64,000 nucleotides of DNA, taken from assembly GCA_951406725.2 (NCBI GenBank), contig OX597837.1, forward strand, positions 2,914,001-2,978,000, in the 5' to 3' direction. The notes under the pieces were generated by a model that was not told where the DNA came from, ran no database searches, and was given only the letters and a program-made list of their open reading frames with translations. Numbering within the stretch: position 1 is the stretch's first letter; the number at the start of each line of letters is the position of its first letter. Position numbers and translations under genes: made by a program. Below, one piece after another: positions 39,276 to 52,034 of the stretch. Source of the stretch: Octopus vulgaris (lineage: Eukaryota).

Positions 39276-39765
39276 GTGTCAGAGCTATACCGTCGGGAAC
39301 TTTGGTTCCTGGTACGGCCACCCAAGGCGGATTGGTCTGACACCAAGTGGTATTAGGGCCACAACCCGGCAGACGGGGCTCAGGTGAAAATCCTCGGAGT
39401 GTCTAATTTGGCAACCGGCGGTTCCTCGGTCATTCTGTCCCTGCGTCTGAGGACAATCTGTGGCAAACAGGATGTCTCTACATGCGGGATTGTTGGAGAC
39501 CGCTTGTGAAATCCACATATTCCCACGAAACTTCTTCCATGAGTAGAAGAAGCCGACTCAACCCGTCCAGGGTGAATGTCACCGCAAGTACAAGTAAAGT
39601 AAGTATAAAGAACAGGACATCAGCATACAAATCCTGCCAACAACATAACAGCCTCTCCAATGCTGACTCCATGATGAAATACATCCAGTACACTGTCAAA
39701 GTGACAGTGATAGGTTGGCCGCCAACCATAAAAAGCATTCCCCCCGAAATGGAGCATAGAAGTGA
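39275..39765 (+). mobile_element. Second copy of the RTE-derived element, continuing into an old RTE-type tail
   Basis: Aligns to 34704-35018. The 39618-39750 part resembles the insert in the ZNF-A/B/D 3' UTRs (19600-19740). Confidence 0.55.
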
Positions 39766-39970
39766 AGTGTTTTCCCTGATTCATCAAAGACATGAAACAA
39801 CCGAATTTTAACATTTTTTCCCCCTCTTTTCTGGTAGTAGTAATAATTTATTATATGTATTGTATTGGTTACTGATTGATTTCGGTTTATGAAAATAAAT
39901 TGTGTTTTAGAACGATCAAGTTGTTCGTTTTTGTTTGTCTGTTTCATGGCATTTGTTAAAGCTGTACATA

Positions 39971-40613
39971 AGGCGCAGGAGTGGCTGTGTGGTAAGTAGC
40001 TTGTTTACCAACCACATGGTTCCGAGTTCAGTCCCACTGTGTGGCATCTTGGGCAAGTGTCTTCTACTATAGCCTCGGGCTGACCAAAGCCTTGTGAGTG
40101 GATTTGGGAGACGGAAACTGAAAAGAAGCCTGTCGTATATATATATGTATATATATATATATATATACAAAATAAGAAAATGGAGAAATGCACCATAATC
40201 AATAATCAACTACCAGATAATACCCAGGTAAAACATTTTACCTTTGCCCATATAATTCAATAAATGAATTAATTGCATCGCAGTTCTTAGCATTTATGTA
40301 TTAACTTTGTTGGGTGCTTTACTGGCAGTATATTGGATATATGTTATCCCATGGTGGGTTGCACTCACAACCCCTATCTCAATTTATATATATATATATG
40401 CGTGTGGGTGTTTGTGTGTCTGTGTTTGTCCCCCTAGCATTGCTTGACAACTGATGCTGGTGTGTTTATGTCCCCGTTACTTAGCGGTTCGGCAAAAGAG
40501 ACTGATAGAATAAGTACTGGGCTTGCAAAAGAATAAGTCCCGGGGTCGAGTTGCTCGATTAAAGGTGGTGCTCCAGCATGGCCACAGTCAAATGACTGAA
40601 ACAAGTAAAAGAG
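39971..40613 (+). mobile_element. SINE family 1 split by a 220 bp insert in its (TA)n tract
   Basis: Head 39971-40165 and tail 40400-40613. The insert start resembles the Penelope terminus at 55726. Confidence 0.78.
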
Positions 40614-40822
40614 TGTAATATAATTTGGTTATTCTTTTACTTTGCGAGTTTGATTCATTCCAGGTTTTGCCTAAAATATGCTTAATTCAACATAAACAGA
40701 GCTAAGATATTTAGCTGCAGGTCAGCTGCCATCATCATCTAATGTCCATTTTCCATGCTGGTATGAGTTGGATGGTTTGACAGGAGCTGCCAAGTCAGAA
40801 AACTGCATCAAGCTCTACTATT

Positions 40823-41343
40823 GGATCTTTTCCTTTTGAATGGCAGATGTCAACACAATTTCTAGTTAACTAAACACTTTTAAACTTCGTATACTGGTAG
40901 AATGTGTTTATAAAACATCATTTTTTCTTGACTTTATTGAGAAAATTCTATAGTTTGTAAGATATTTCGTCTGAAAATCCGAGCATTTCAGCAATTTAAA
41001 CCAATTGATTACCTCCATTCAACTAAAATCATTTGCTGCGTCTAAAACTGAGACAACATCCTGTAACTAACCGTAACCCTAATTTTTTTCTTTCTTAATT
41101 GTATACTGAAAGTGTGTGTATGATGATGTCTCAGTTTTAGACACAGCAAATGATTTTAGCTCAAAAGAGAGCATAGGATTGGTTAAAATTCGAAAAATTA
41201 AACTACGTTAAACAAACAAATTACAATTTTCTCAAGAAAGCCAAGAGAAAAAAATGTTTTATTTTGACACATTCTACCAGTATACGAAGTTTTAAAGTGT
41301 TTAGTTAACTAGAAATTGTCTGCCGTTCAAAAGGAAAAGATCC
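40823..41343. mobile_element. Foldback MITE with GGATCTTTTC termini and 8-bp TSD (Merlin-like, tentative)
   Basis: Long imperfect inverted arms. TSD CTACTATT / CTACTATC. Confidence 0.75.
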
Positions 41344-42271
41344 CTACTATCAGAGAAAAAAAAGGAAGCTCAAAAGCATTTCAGCTATTTCCAGACTTGG
41401 CCTAGAAAATATGAATAATAGGCGCAGGAGTGGCTGTGTGGTAAGTAGCCTAGTACTTATTCTGTCGGTCTCTTTTGCCGAACTGCTAAGTTACGGGGAC
41501 GTAAACACACCAGCATCAGTTGTCATAAAAGGCACCATTCGAGCATGATCGCTACCAGTGTCGCCTTACTGGCACTTGTGCCCCGTGCTAGTAGGGTGCC
41601 AAGAACACCATCCGAGTGTGATTGTTGCCAGAGCGGCTAACTGGCTTCCGTGCCGGTGCCACGTAAACGGCACCATTCGAGCGTGATCGTTACCAGCGTC
41701 ACCTTACTGGCACCTGTGCCGGTGGCATGTGTAAAAAGATTCGAGCAAGGTCGTTGCCAGTGTCACCTGACTAGCCCCTGTGCCAGTGGCACGTAAAAAG
41801 CACCCACTACACTCTCTCTCTCTATATATATATATGTGTGTGTGTGTGGTTCAAATGTACAGAAAACAACAGACAAGGGAACAACAAGTAGGCCCATTAG
41901 TTTGACGCTCGGGAAGAATGGAAAAGTTTTCATACACTCTTCGACAGAAAAGGATGAGGTGGGAAAATGGTGAGAGAGAGAAAAGTGTGTCGGGATTAAC
42001 GATTTATATATAAGCATATGTACGCGTGTGTCAAAAGAAGGAATGATTATAATACGCTAAAGCGGTGGTTATCAAATTTTTGCTGATAAGCATCTTCTTT
42101 CTCCAAAATATGGCATCCACCCTAGGTTTGGCAATCATATTTGAGGGGAGAGACGGATAAACAGTAATTATTAAATCATATTTGATGAAATAATTACCGT
42201 GTTTTCCAACTCACAATATACTGTCAAATTCTAAAAATTCTAAAACTTAAATAAATTTTCTTTAAAATGTT

Positions 42272-42684
42272 GGATCTTTTCAGTTTGACCGGCAGTCTTT
42301 TCTAGTGGTGTCATATGAAATTGTCACTCATAATTATGACCCTAGTATCGATCTATTGCATTTCAATCTGTTTTAGGGTTAGGGGTGGGGAGAAGGGTAT
42401 CTTTTTTTTCTTCAGAAATGTAAATAAACCCAATCTGTTTCTTAAACGAGGGACATATTCATACGGCACAGAATGTTTTTTTACCTCAATAGACGTCATT
42501 GATTGGTTGAAATTTCAGAAATTGAAGAAAAAAACAACAAATATCTTACAAATTATATAATTTTCTCAATAAAGCCAAGAGAAAAATATGTTTTATAAAC
42601 ACATTGTACCAGTATACGAAGTTTAACATTTTTTAGTTACGTGGAAATTATTTTAAAAAACTGCCGTTCAAACCGAAAAGATCC
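42272..42684. mobile_element. Related GGATCTTTTC-TIR MITE (partial copy at about 15665-15912)
   Basis: TIR GGATCTTTTC.GTTTGA.CGGCAG. TSD AAAATGTT / AAAATGAT. Confidence 0.75.
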
Positions 42685-42792
42685 AAAATGATTTTAAAAT
42701 GTAAGTATCGCATGAGATCTAAATATTTTATCGCTATGAAAAAATTACATTTCACCAGAAACACTCAGCACCAACTTCTGCAATTCTCTAAG

Positions 42793-43762
42793 GAGACGTT
42801 ACCGTTATAATATTTGACATCGAAACTGCGGCTGGTGACATAAAGTCAGCTTCACTCGTTCATTTCAGTTAAATTTAAATTTTACGGTTGATGAAAGGAA
42901 AAGCAATTTGAATGTTGGCCGAGAATGAAGTCGACAAATCATTGGTGAACCTCATTTTAATCAGATTTACAGCTGTCAGCTGAATCTATAATAAAGAAGA
43001 TACCGCCAACTTGACTCACAAAGGAAGGTAAGGCATGTTTTTAACTGTACAGGTGGAATTACTGAAAGAGTGTGTGTGGAGGACGAGAACGGAAGGTTCG
43101 GTGAAAGGGGCCTTCACCTCTGGCCCCGGGAGAGTTTCTACCTACGCCCCTACACTACAGATTGAGCAGGGCCATCTACCTGAAGGGATTTGTGGTTTGC
43201 CTGCCTTCTACTTATTAGGACTTTGGTTTTAGCTAGGTTGACTCTAAGGCCCTTCGTTTCTAATCCTTGTTTCCACAACTGAAACTTCTCCTCCAGTTCT
43301 GATAGTGACTCAGCAATTAGAGCAAGATGGGGTTGGAGAGGAGGACCCTGCCACCGAGAGAATACGAGAAACGATGGAAGGATGTGATGAGAAAGGTGGG
43401 TGTTAGTAACCCAGCTTAATCATTGACGAAAGGAAAAGATCGTTGCTGGGCCTTTTAGGCTGCCGGGTTCGATCTTTTAATCTTTTTATTCGTTTTCTTG
43501 CTTTGTTTTCTTATGTATTAAAAAAAAAAACTTCTATTCTAAGGTTAAATTAATGAATTATATAAAATATATTTTGGTAAATTTTTAAGTGATATCATAC
43601 GAACTCCTATAACATTTTTGTTTTTTGTTTGTCCCGCGTTGTCCCATTCTGTACAAGATCGTTTTTCGATCATAATAAAGATTCCATTTTAACAATCAGA
43701 TATTTAGTTTGGTGATAACATATAACACGTTGATCCACTGTTTACATCTGAAAATGGTAAGC
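42793..43762 (+). promoter_or_regulatory. Diverged first-exon module of ZNF-D, split by a LINE insertion (donor ATG|GTAAGC; intron about 43757-46668)
   Basis: acgttaccgtt...catcgaaactgcggctg...cagcttcactc (42796-42857) and tgtttacatctgaaaatggtaagctgataaacgtttgttttaatgctgta (43739-43788) align to the two ends of the ZNF-A module. Confidence 0.55.
42996..43683 (+). mobile_element. Second, shorter copy of the same L1/Tx1-like LINE 3' end, with a nested RTE piece at 43131-43326
   Basis: Aligns to 30290-30825 (gataccgccaact...gagaaaggtgggtgttagtaacccagcttaatca...ataataaagatt). Confidence 0.8.
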
Positions 43763-44081
43763 TGATAAACGTTTGTTTTAATGCTGTAAATAATGTATAT
43801 GAATAATAGAATTTCTTCACTTGGAGGATAAGGTAATTATATTGGAGCGAGAATATATAACAATAGGAACAGGTATAGCTTTCAGATGTAGTAATTACAT
43901 AAATGTGGAAACAAATGTTTCCATATCTACACAAATGTACCCCTCCCCTCATAAAAACGGTTTCCCCACAACTTTCTGAAAAATGTGTTTTTTAATGAAA
44001 TTTTCTGCAAATGTCTTTGATATGTGATTAAGTTACGTGTAGCTTACGATTGATTATATCGGAAATTAATGTTGCAAAACA

Positions 44082-44364
44082 ATGTTGGCATTCCTTCGAT
44101 ATAACTCGACAAAATCAAAACATTTCATTTCGGGTATTTCCGTGGAAGCAAATGACAGTCCGATTCTGTTTTCTGCTTGCAAATTGGCGGATTTTACATA
44201 CACACATGAAACAGTTAAGAACAAATATGCAAGGCTCTTTTTCTTCGAGTTTAAAAGGAGACATTTGTGGCATAATTTCGTTATATCTATACTTCACAAC
44301 CCACGGAAATATCCGAAGTGAAATGTTTTGATTTTGTCGAGTTATATCGAAGGAATGCTACAAT
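44082..44364. mobile_element. MITE-like element with about 60-bp inverted termini
   Basis: gcattccttcgatataactcgacaaaatcaaaacatttca... is mirrored at 44301-44360. Confidence 0.65.
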
Positions 44365-44621
44365 GTGAATGTTGTATATTTTATGCACCTTAACTTTCTC
44401 TCCTCATGTTTTTATCCAAATTATATCTATGTCGAAAAAAAAAATCACTTTTGAGGACCATCCTTTACCTTCAGGAATTTGTTAAATGAAATTTTTCAGA
44501 GTTACAGGCATAATTTCAAAAAAAAAAAAAATGGTAGGGTGGAATCTAGAGGCGAATTTGTTCGTATGGTTGTTTGTTATGCAATGTGCCCTGAAAATTT
44601 CATTACACTGGGTACATCTTA

Positions 44622-45506
44622 TAGAGTTTCTACCTATGCCTTTTCCACAGATTGAGCAAGGCCATCTACCTGAAGGGATTTGTGGTTTGCCTGCCTTCTA
44701 CTTATTAGGACTTTGGTTTTAGCTAGGTTGACTCTAAGGCCTTTCGATTCTAATCCTTGTTTCCACAACTGAAACTTCTCTAGTTCTGATAATGACTCAG
44801 CAATTAGAGCAAGGTCATCAGCATAGAGGAGCTCCTAGGGGCATCCTGTCTTGAATTCCTCCGTTATTGCCTGGAGGACTATGATAAATAGGAGGGGGCT
44901 GAGGACTGAACCTTGGTGGACCCCTACCTCTACCCTGAATTCTTCAGTGTACTCGTTGCCAACCCTTACCTTACTTACAGCGTACCTGTGCATGGCTTGC
45001 ACAGCTCTCACTAACCACTCATCTATCCCTAGTTTCCTCATTGACCACCAGATAAGGGATCGGGGGACCCTGTCAAAGGCTTTCTCCATGTCAACGAAAG
45101 CCAGGTACAGGGCCTTATCTTTGGCTAGATATTTCTCCTGCAGCTGTCTTACCAGAAATATGGCATCAGTGGTGCTTTTCCCTGGCATGAAACCAAACTG
45201 CATCTCATCCAATCTGACTCTTTCCCTAATAAGTTGGGCTATGACCCTCTCCGTAACCTTCATTACCTGATCCAACAGCTTGATACCTCTGTAATTATTT
45301 GTAATTAGAGCGTCACCTTTACCTTTGTAGCAGTTGACAATTATGCTGCTACACCAGTCATTGGGTATAACTCCTTCGTGTATCACCTGGTTAACTATAT
45401 GGGTGACTAGGCTATAGCCGACACTGCCAGATATTTTGAGCATCTCTGCAGTAATTCCTGATGAGCCTGGGGCTTTCCCTGTCTTCATACTTCTAATTGC
45501 CTTATC
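44622..45506 (-). mobile_element. RTE-clade LINE reverse transcriptase fragment
   Basis: MKTGKAPG, NYRGIKLL, QFGFMPGKSTTDAIF, FVDMEKAFDRVPR, GVHQGSVLSPLLF, then LLYADDL after an in-frame stop. Confidence 0.9.
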
Positions 45507-45513
45507 TATATAT

Positions 45514-45555
<42 letters not shown>

Positions 45556-45557
<2 letters not shown>

Positions 45558-45726
45558 TGCAGGAGTGGCTGTGTGGTAAGTAGCTTGTTTACCAATCACA
45601 TGGCTCCGGGTTCAGTCCCACTGCGTGGCACCTTAGGCAAGTGTCTTCTACTATAGCCTCGGGCCAACCAAAGCCTTGTGAGTGGATTTGGTAGACAGAA
45701 ACTGAAAGAAGCTTGTTGTATATATG

Positions 45727-45757
<31 letters not shown>

Positions 45758-45882
45758 TTGTGTGTCTGAGACCGATAGAATAAGTACTGGGCTTACAAAA
45801 GAATAAGTCCCGGGGTCGAGTTGCTCGATTAAAGGTGGTGCTCCAGCATGGCCGCAGTCAAATAACTGAAACAAGTAAAAGA

Positions 45883-45920
<38 letters not shown>

Positions 45921-46080
45921 CAGACTTCTTTCAGTTTCCATCTACCAAATCCACTCACAAAGCTTTGGTTAGCCCAAGGCTATAGTAGAAGACACTTGCC
46001 CAAGGTGCCATGCAGTGGGACTGAACCCTGAACCACGTGGTTGGTAAGCAAGCTACTTACATACAGCCACTCCTCTACCT
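45556..46080. mobile_element. Two SINE family 1 copies in opposite orientation (45556-45885 +, 45919-46080 -)
   Basis: Sequence similarity, with a (TA)n between them. Confidence 0.8.
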
Positions 46081-47137
46081 AGAATAACTAATGAGTTAAA
46101 TAATGGAATTGTGGAGACGCGGTTGGAGGATCGCAGTTTCGATTCCCAGACCGGGCGTTGTGTGTGTTTATTGAACAAAAAAACCTAAATCTTCAAGAGG
46201 CTCCGGAAGGGGGTGGTGATGACCCCTGTTATACTCTTTCGCCCCAACATTCTTTCACTCTTTCTTCCTGTTTCTGGAGTAATGCTACAATGGACTGGCG
46301 TCCTGTCCAGCTGGGGGGACACACATATGCCATAGAAACCGGGAAACTGGGCCCATGAGCCTGGTTAGGCTTGAAAAGGGTACATAAAAAAAAAAATAAT
46401 GGAATTCCAAGAGCTGGGAACATTACTAAATATGTGACTGGTCCAGGTATAATACATAATCACTATTCTGAAGATGTAGATGTAGTCTAAATGAGCAAAC
46501 TTCACACAACTTTGTATAATGTAATTTAAATAGTAAAGCAAAATGTAAAGTTTCTTTGTTGGGGTAAAAGTTTATAGTTTATCAATATAGATTTGTAAAT
46601 TTTCACTGTTGAATCTCTGCTTTTTAATTGTCTTTTAATTATCTTAAACTACTTCTCTGTCATTTCAGGATATCAGAGACATTGACTTTAAAGATATATC
46701 ATCATCATCATTTAATGTCTGCTTTCCATGCTAGCATGGGTTTGACAATTTTGACTGAGGGCTGACGAACCAGATAGCAGCACCAGGCCCCCAATCTTGA
46801 TCTGGCAGTTTTTCTACAGCTGGATGCCCTTCCTAATGCCAATATTTATAATCCTTAAAGAATTACAGAAAAAGGTTACACAGAAAACAGAAACATTTCC
46901 TCTGTGTGTAACATTTCTCTCTATCATTGCCCGGAATATATACAAGGTGATACTGAGTTCAAATTAAATTTGCTAAAATTATAAAAGGTCATTGCAATCC
47001 TGTTCTGATAATAACAGAAATAAAAGTTGGTGGAAATATTGCAGTTCATGGAAAGGCTTTGAATAACTCAGGAAGAAAGAAAAAAATTTTTTAAATATAC
47101 TTATATTGTTGTGGGGAAATTAAAGAATTATAGCAGT

Positions 47138-49750
47138 ATGGATTTGCCTGAAGAATTGCCAAAAGAGACGGGGGAATCCTCATATTCCTGTGATATCTGT
47201 AAAAAGTCGTTCTCTCTGGAAGGTAAGCTTGCTACCCATAAATGTATTGACGAAAAAGAGAAAGCAGAAAAACGATATCATTGTGATATCTGTAGTAAAT
47301 CTTTCTCTGTAAAATTTAACTTAACAGAACATAGACATATTCATACAGGGGAGAAACCATACAACTGTGAGACCTGTGGAAAATCGTTCTCACGAATACA
47401 TACCTTAACTATGCACAAACGCATTCATACAGGAGAAAAACCATATGAATGTGATATCTGCGGTAAATCTTTCTCTCGAATACACACTTTAATTACTCAC
47501 AAGCGCTTCCATACTGGAGAAAAACCATTTAAATGTGATACCTGTGGTAAATCATTCTCTCTAAAAGGTCATTTAGTTGATCACTTACGTATTCATACAG
47601 GTGAAAAACCACATCACTGTGATACCTGTGGTAAATCATTCTCTCTAAGAAGTCATTTAGTTGGTCACATACGTATTCATACAGGTGAAAAACCATATCA
47701 TTGTGATATCTGTGGTAAATCATTCTCTCAAACTAATAGCCTAACTAACCATATACGTATTCATACAGGAGAGAAGCCATATCAGTGTAACATTTGTGGG
47801 GAATCATTCTCTGAAACAGGAAATTTAACTAAACACAAATACATTCATACAGGTGAGAAGTCATATCACTGTGATATCTGTGGAAAATCATTCTTTCAAA
47901 AAGTTCATTTGCATTCTCACAAACGTGTTCATACCGGAGAGAGACCTTATCGCTGTGATGTCTGTAGTAAGTCATTCATTGACAAAAATACCTTAAATAT
48001 TCACAAACACATTCATTCAGGAGAGAAACCTTATCAGTGTGACATCTGCAGTAAATCGTTCACAGATCGAAGTACATTAACAGTTCATACACGTATTCAT
48101 ACAGGAAATAAACCATATCACTGTGACATCTGTGGTAAATCATTCTCTCAAACAAGTCAATTAACACTACACACGAGACGTGTTCATACAGGAGAGAGAC
48201 CATATCGCTGCGATATCTGTGGTAAAGCATTCATTGTTGGAAGTGCATTAACTGTTCACAAGCGTGTTCACACAGGAGAAAAACCATATCAGTGTGATAT
48301 CTGTGATAAATCATTTGCTTATGCAACAGTATTAACTGGCCACAAACGTATTCATACAGGGGAAAAACCATATCACTGTGTTATTTGTGGTCAATCATTC
48401 ACTAGAACTAGTGACTTAGCGATACACAGCAGACGTATTCACACAAAAGAGAAACCCTATACCTGTGATATCTGCAGTAAAGCATTCGCTTATGGAAGTG
48501 CATTAAATGTTCACAAACGTATTCATACAGGGGAAAAGCCATATCATTGTAGTGTCTGTGGTAAATCCTTCTCTCGAAATTCTGACTTAATTAGACACAT
48601 GTGTTTTCATACAGGGGATAAGCCATATCCCTGTGATATCTGTGGTAAATCATACACTAGTAGAAATGCATTAACTTATCATAAACGTATTCACACAGGA
48701 GAAAAGCCATACCAATGTGATATCTGTGGGAGATCATTCTCTCGAAAGAATCATGTAAGTAATCATAGACTAACTCATACAGGAGAGAAACCATTCCATT
48801 GTGATATTTGTGGGAAATCTTTCTCTTACGGTAAGGCTCTAACAAAGCATATGCATCTTCATAGTGGTGATAAGGGATATCACTGCGATATCTGTGGTAA
48901 GTCATTCACTGATGAAAGTGCATTAACTGCACACAAACGTATTCATACAGGAGAGAAGCCTTATCACTGTGATACCTGCGGTAAATCGTTTTCTCGAAAC
49001 TTTGGCCTAGCAAGGCACATGCTTTTTCATACAGGTGATAAGCCATATCACTGTGATATCTGTGGTAAATCATTCTATGAAATAGGTAATTTGACTAAAC
49101 ATAAATTCACTCATACTGTAGAGAAGCTGTATTCCTGCAATATCTGTGGTGAATCATATGCTACTAGAAATGCATTGACTGCTCATAAACGTGTTCATAC
49201 AGGAGAAAAACCTTACCACTGTGATATCTGTGGTAAATCGTTCTCAGAGAAATATCACTTAACTAAACATAGATACACTCATACAGGAGAGAAACCATAT
49301 GATTGTAAGATCTGTGGTAAATCTTTCTCCCAGGCAGCTCATTTAACTGTTCACAGTCGTACTCATACAGGTGAGAAACCATTTCACTGTGAGTTTTGTG
49401 ATAAATCATTCTCTCAAACAGCTCATTTAACAATCCATAGACGTATTCATACAGGAGATAGACCCTATAAGTGTGATATTTGTGGCAAATCTTTCTCTCA
49501 AAATAGTGATTTGACTAAGCACAACCGCATTCATTCTGGAGAAAAGCCGTATCAGTGTAATATATGTGGTAAATCATTCTCTGTAAGTACTGCATTAACT
49601 AGTCACAAATACATTCATACAGGAGAAAGACCATATCACTGTGAGATCTGTGGTAAATCATTTTCTCACAGTTCTGCTTTAACTACACACAAATGTGTTT
49701 GTTCCAATGAAAACCTTTATACTCAAAAATTTCCTTTGTGGAGTGAGTGA
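47138..49750 (+). CDS. Poly-C2H2 zinc-finger protein (ZNF-D), about 870 aa, about 30 finger units
   Basis: The ORF track starts at GTG 47111, but the ATG at 47138 ([11 protein letters not shown]) matches the paralogue starts. Tandem C2H2 units with TGEKP linkers. Confidence 0.95.
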   Translation: MDLPEELPKETGESSYSCDICKKSFSLEGKLATHKCIDEKEKAEKRYHCDICSKSFSVKFNLTEHRHIHTGEKPYNCETCGKSFSRIHTLTMHKRIHTGEKPYECDICGKSFSRIHTLITHKRFHTGEKPFKCDTCGKSFSLKGHLVDHLRIHTGEKPHHCDTCGKSFSLRSHLVGHIRIHTGEKPYHCDICGKSFSQTNSLTNHIRIHTGEKPYQCNICGESFSETGNLTKHKYIHTGEKSYHCDICGKSFFQKVHLHSHKRVHTGERPYRCDVCSKSFIDKNTLNIHKHIHSGEKPYQCDICSKSFTDRSTLTVHTRIHTGNKPYHCDICGKSFSQTSQLTLHTRRVHTGERPYRCDICGKAFIVGSALTVHKRVHTGEKPYQCDICDKSFAYATVLTGHKRIHTGEKPYHCVICGQSFTRTSDLAIHSRRIHTKEKPYTCDICSKAFAYGSALNVHKRIHTGEKPYHCSVCGKSFSRNSDLIRHMCFHTGDKPYPCDICGKSYTSRNALTYHKRIHTGEKPYQCDICGRSFSRKNHVSNHRLTHTGEKPFHCDICGKSFSYGKALTKHMHLHSGDKGYHCDICGKSFTDESALTAHKRIHTGEKPYHCDTCGKSFSRNFGLARHMLFHTGDKPYHCDICGKSFYEIGNLTKHKFTHTVEKLYSCNICGESYATRNALTAHKRVHTGEKPYHCDICGKSFSEKYHLTKHRYTHTGEKPYDCKICGKSFSQAAHLTVHSRTHTGEKPFHCEFCDKSFSQTAHLTIHRRIHTGDRPYKCDICGKSFSQNSDLTKHNRIHSGEKPYQCNICGKSFSVSTALTSHKYIHTGERPYHCEICGKSFSHSSALTTHKCVCSNENLYTQKFPLWSE

Positions 49751-51129
49751 GAAATGGACAGGCACATCAGCACTGTAATGTTGTCAGCAACACGACAGCC
49801 TCTCTAGTGCTGGCTCCAAAGTAAAATACATCCTGTACACTGTGAAATTGATGGTGATACGTAGGGCAGCCAGCCACAAAAACCATATTCCCTGAAGCAA
49901 ACCATACATATGACTGTTTAAAACATGAAGTAGAGGTTTTTTTCTTTTTGTTTTCACTTTGATAGTAACAAACATATTCACACAAGTGTTGAAAGGATTT
50001 TACCATGAACTCTGGTAAATTATTCCCTCATGAAAACACCTTAAATAATCACAGGTATGATTGTACAGGTGAGAAACCATTTCATTCTTGCATGGACAGA
50101 AATAACTTCACTGCTGTGAAACATATTCATACAAAATGAAAACCATAATGCTGTTATATTGTTGTTGTTTGTTTCTTCTTGAGCCATGCGTGGTTTCATT
50201 GGCCAGTCTGTCGCAGGAGGAAAGAGTGAGAGAAAGTTGTGGTGAGTCAGCAGAAGTTTGCCCCTACCATCTGTTAGAGCCACGTGGAGCTTAAGTGTTT
50301 TGCTCATAAACGTACACATTGCCTGGTCTGAGATTTGAACCTGCAATCCCTTGATCATGAGTTCGCTGCTCTAACCATTGACTCCTTGTTCAATCAGCTT
50401 CAAATCTTTATCTGATTATTTACCAAATAATGGTCATCACTGCACCATTTATAGAACATTGTGCTTTTTCCAGAAGTTTTCTTTACTCTGTGATGATTGG
50501 TTACATGAAACTTGGAGTAAAATTTTTTCAGCTTCAATAAAACACTCTATTATATTCTATCTTTGGTCTTTGAGTTCTGTTTTCTCCAGCTTGTTTTGCA
50601 CCTGAATACATTCACACATCTCTCACTCTCTGCTGGTTTGTCTGTCTGTCTGTCTATTTATTTATTTGCAGTTTCACTCATATTTCAGTAGCAAATACGC
50701 AGTGTGTACTTGACCAAAAAATGGTGGTGACACAGAAAAAACCCCCCAAAAACCATAAAACACCTGCATGAAGACAACATACACATCTGCCTAACTTAAC
50801 AAGAACCATACCAATGTCTGTCTGTGCAATGTTTGGGCATGGGGGTAAGTCCTTGCATCCTCTACAAAACCAGGCTTGGAGAATTTTCAGTGATCTGAAT
50901 ATGTAAATGCTTGACCCATTAGCATTTATCTCTGCATTCCATATCTCAAAAGTAACTTATTCTCAGGGTTCAGAGTGTTTTGGAGCAAACACCTGGAAGA
51001 GGCAGACCCAGGAGGATGTAGGACAAGATGGTACAATATGATCTTCAGATGTCAAGTCTCACAGAGGCAATGACAAGTGACAGACTTTTGGTGATTTGCT
51101 GTACTTGAGAAGACATGTGAAATTGTAGT

Positions 51130-51985
51130 TTTTCAAGTGCCAGTAAGGCAACACTAGTAATGATCACGCTCAAATGGTGCTTTTTATGTGCCCCAGCATC
51201 AAAGCCAGTTAGCCGTTCTGGCAATGATAACGCTCCGATGATGCTCTTAGCGCTCCACTAGTACGGATGCCAGTCATCAAATTTGATTTCGATTTCACTT
51301 GCATCAACAAGCAGAGTTTAGTGTCCAATGAAGGAAAGGTATTCATAAGTGGGCTGGTTACACCCCTGGCATAGGCCACGAGGTTATGGTCTCACTTGGC
51401 TTGCTGGGTCTTCTCAAGCACAGCATATTTCCAAAAGTCTCGGTCACTAGTCATTTCCTTGGTGAGGCCTAATGTTTGAAGGTCGTGCTTCACCACTTCA
51501 TCCCAGGTCTACCTCTTCCACTGGTTCCCTCAACTGTTAGGGTGTGGCACTTTTTCACACAGCTATCCTCATCCATTCTCGCCACATGGCCATACCAGCA
51601 CAGTTGTCTCTCTTGCACAGTACATCTGATGCTTCTTAGGTCCAACTTTTCTCTCAAGGCACTTACACTCTGTCAAGTATGCACACTGACATTACACATC
51701 CATCGGATCATACTGGCTTCATTCCTTGTGAGCTTACACATGTCCTCAGCCGTCACAGCCCATGTAGCATGGCTTTTCGTACACATGCGTCATACAGTCT
51801 GCCTTTTACTCTGAGCGAGAGGCCCTTTGTCACCAGTAGAGGTAACATCTCTCTGAACTTTGCCCAGGTTATTCTTATTCTAGCAACTACACTTTCAGCA
51901 CACCCTCCCCTGCTACTGACTTGGTCACCTATGTAATGGAAGCTACCAACTACTTCTAGTTTTTCTCCCTGGAATGTGGCAGAAG
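51130..51985 (-). mobile_element. RTE LINE 3' end of ORF plus 3' UTR
   Basis: Minus-strand translation gives ..ARIRITWAKFREMLPLL..WYGHVARMDE..GRGRP. The UTR resembles 41527-41815. Confidence 0.78.
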
Positions 51986-52000
51986 TTGTTCTCTCTCTCT

Positions 52001-52033
<33 letters not shown>

Positions 52034-52034
<1 letters not shown>

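Noticed and set aside
47111-47137. GTG start for ZNF-D given by the ORF track
   Set aside because: The ATG at 47138 aligns with the paralogue starts and has the same AGTATGGA context.
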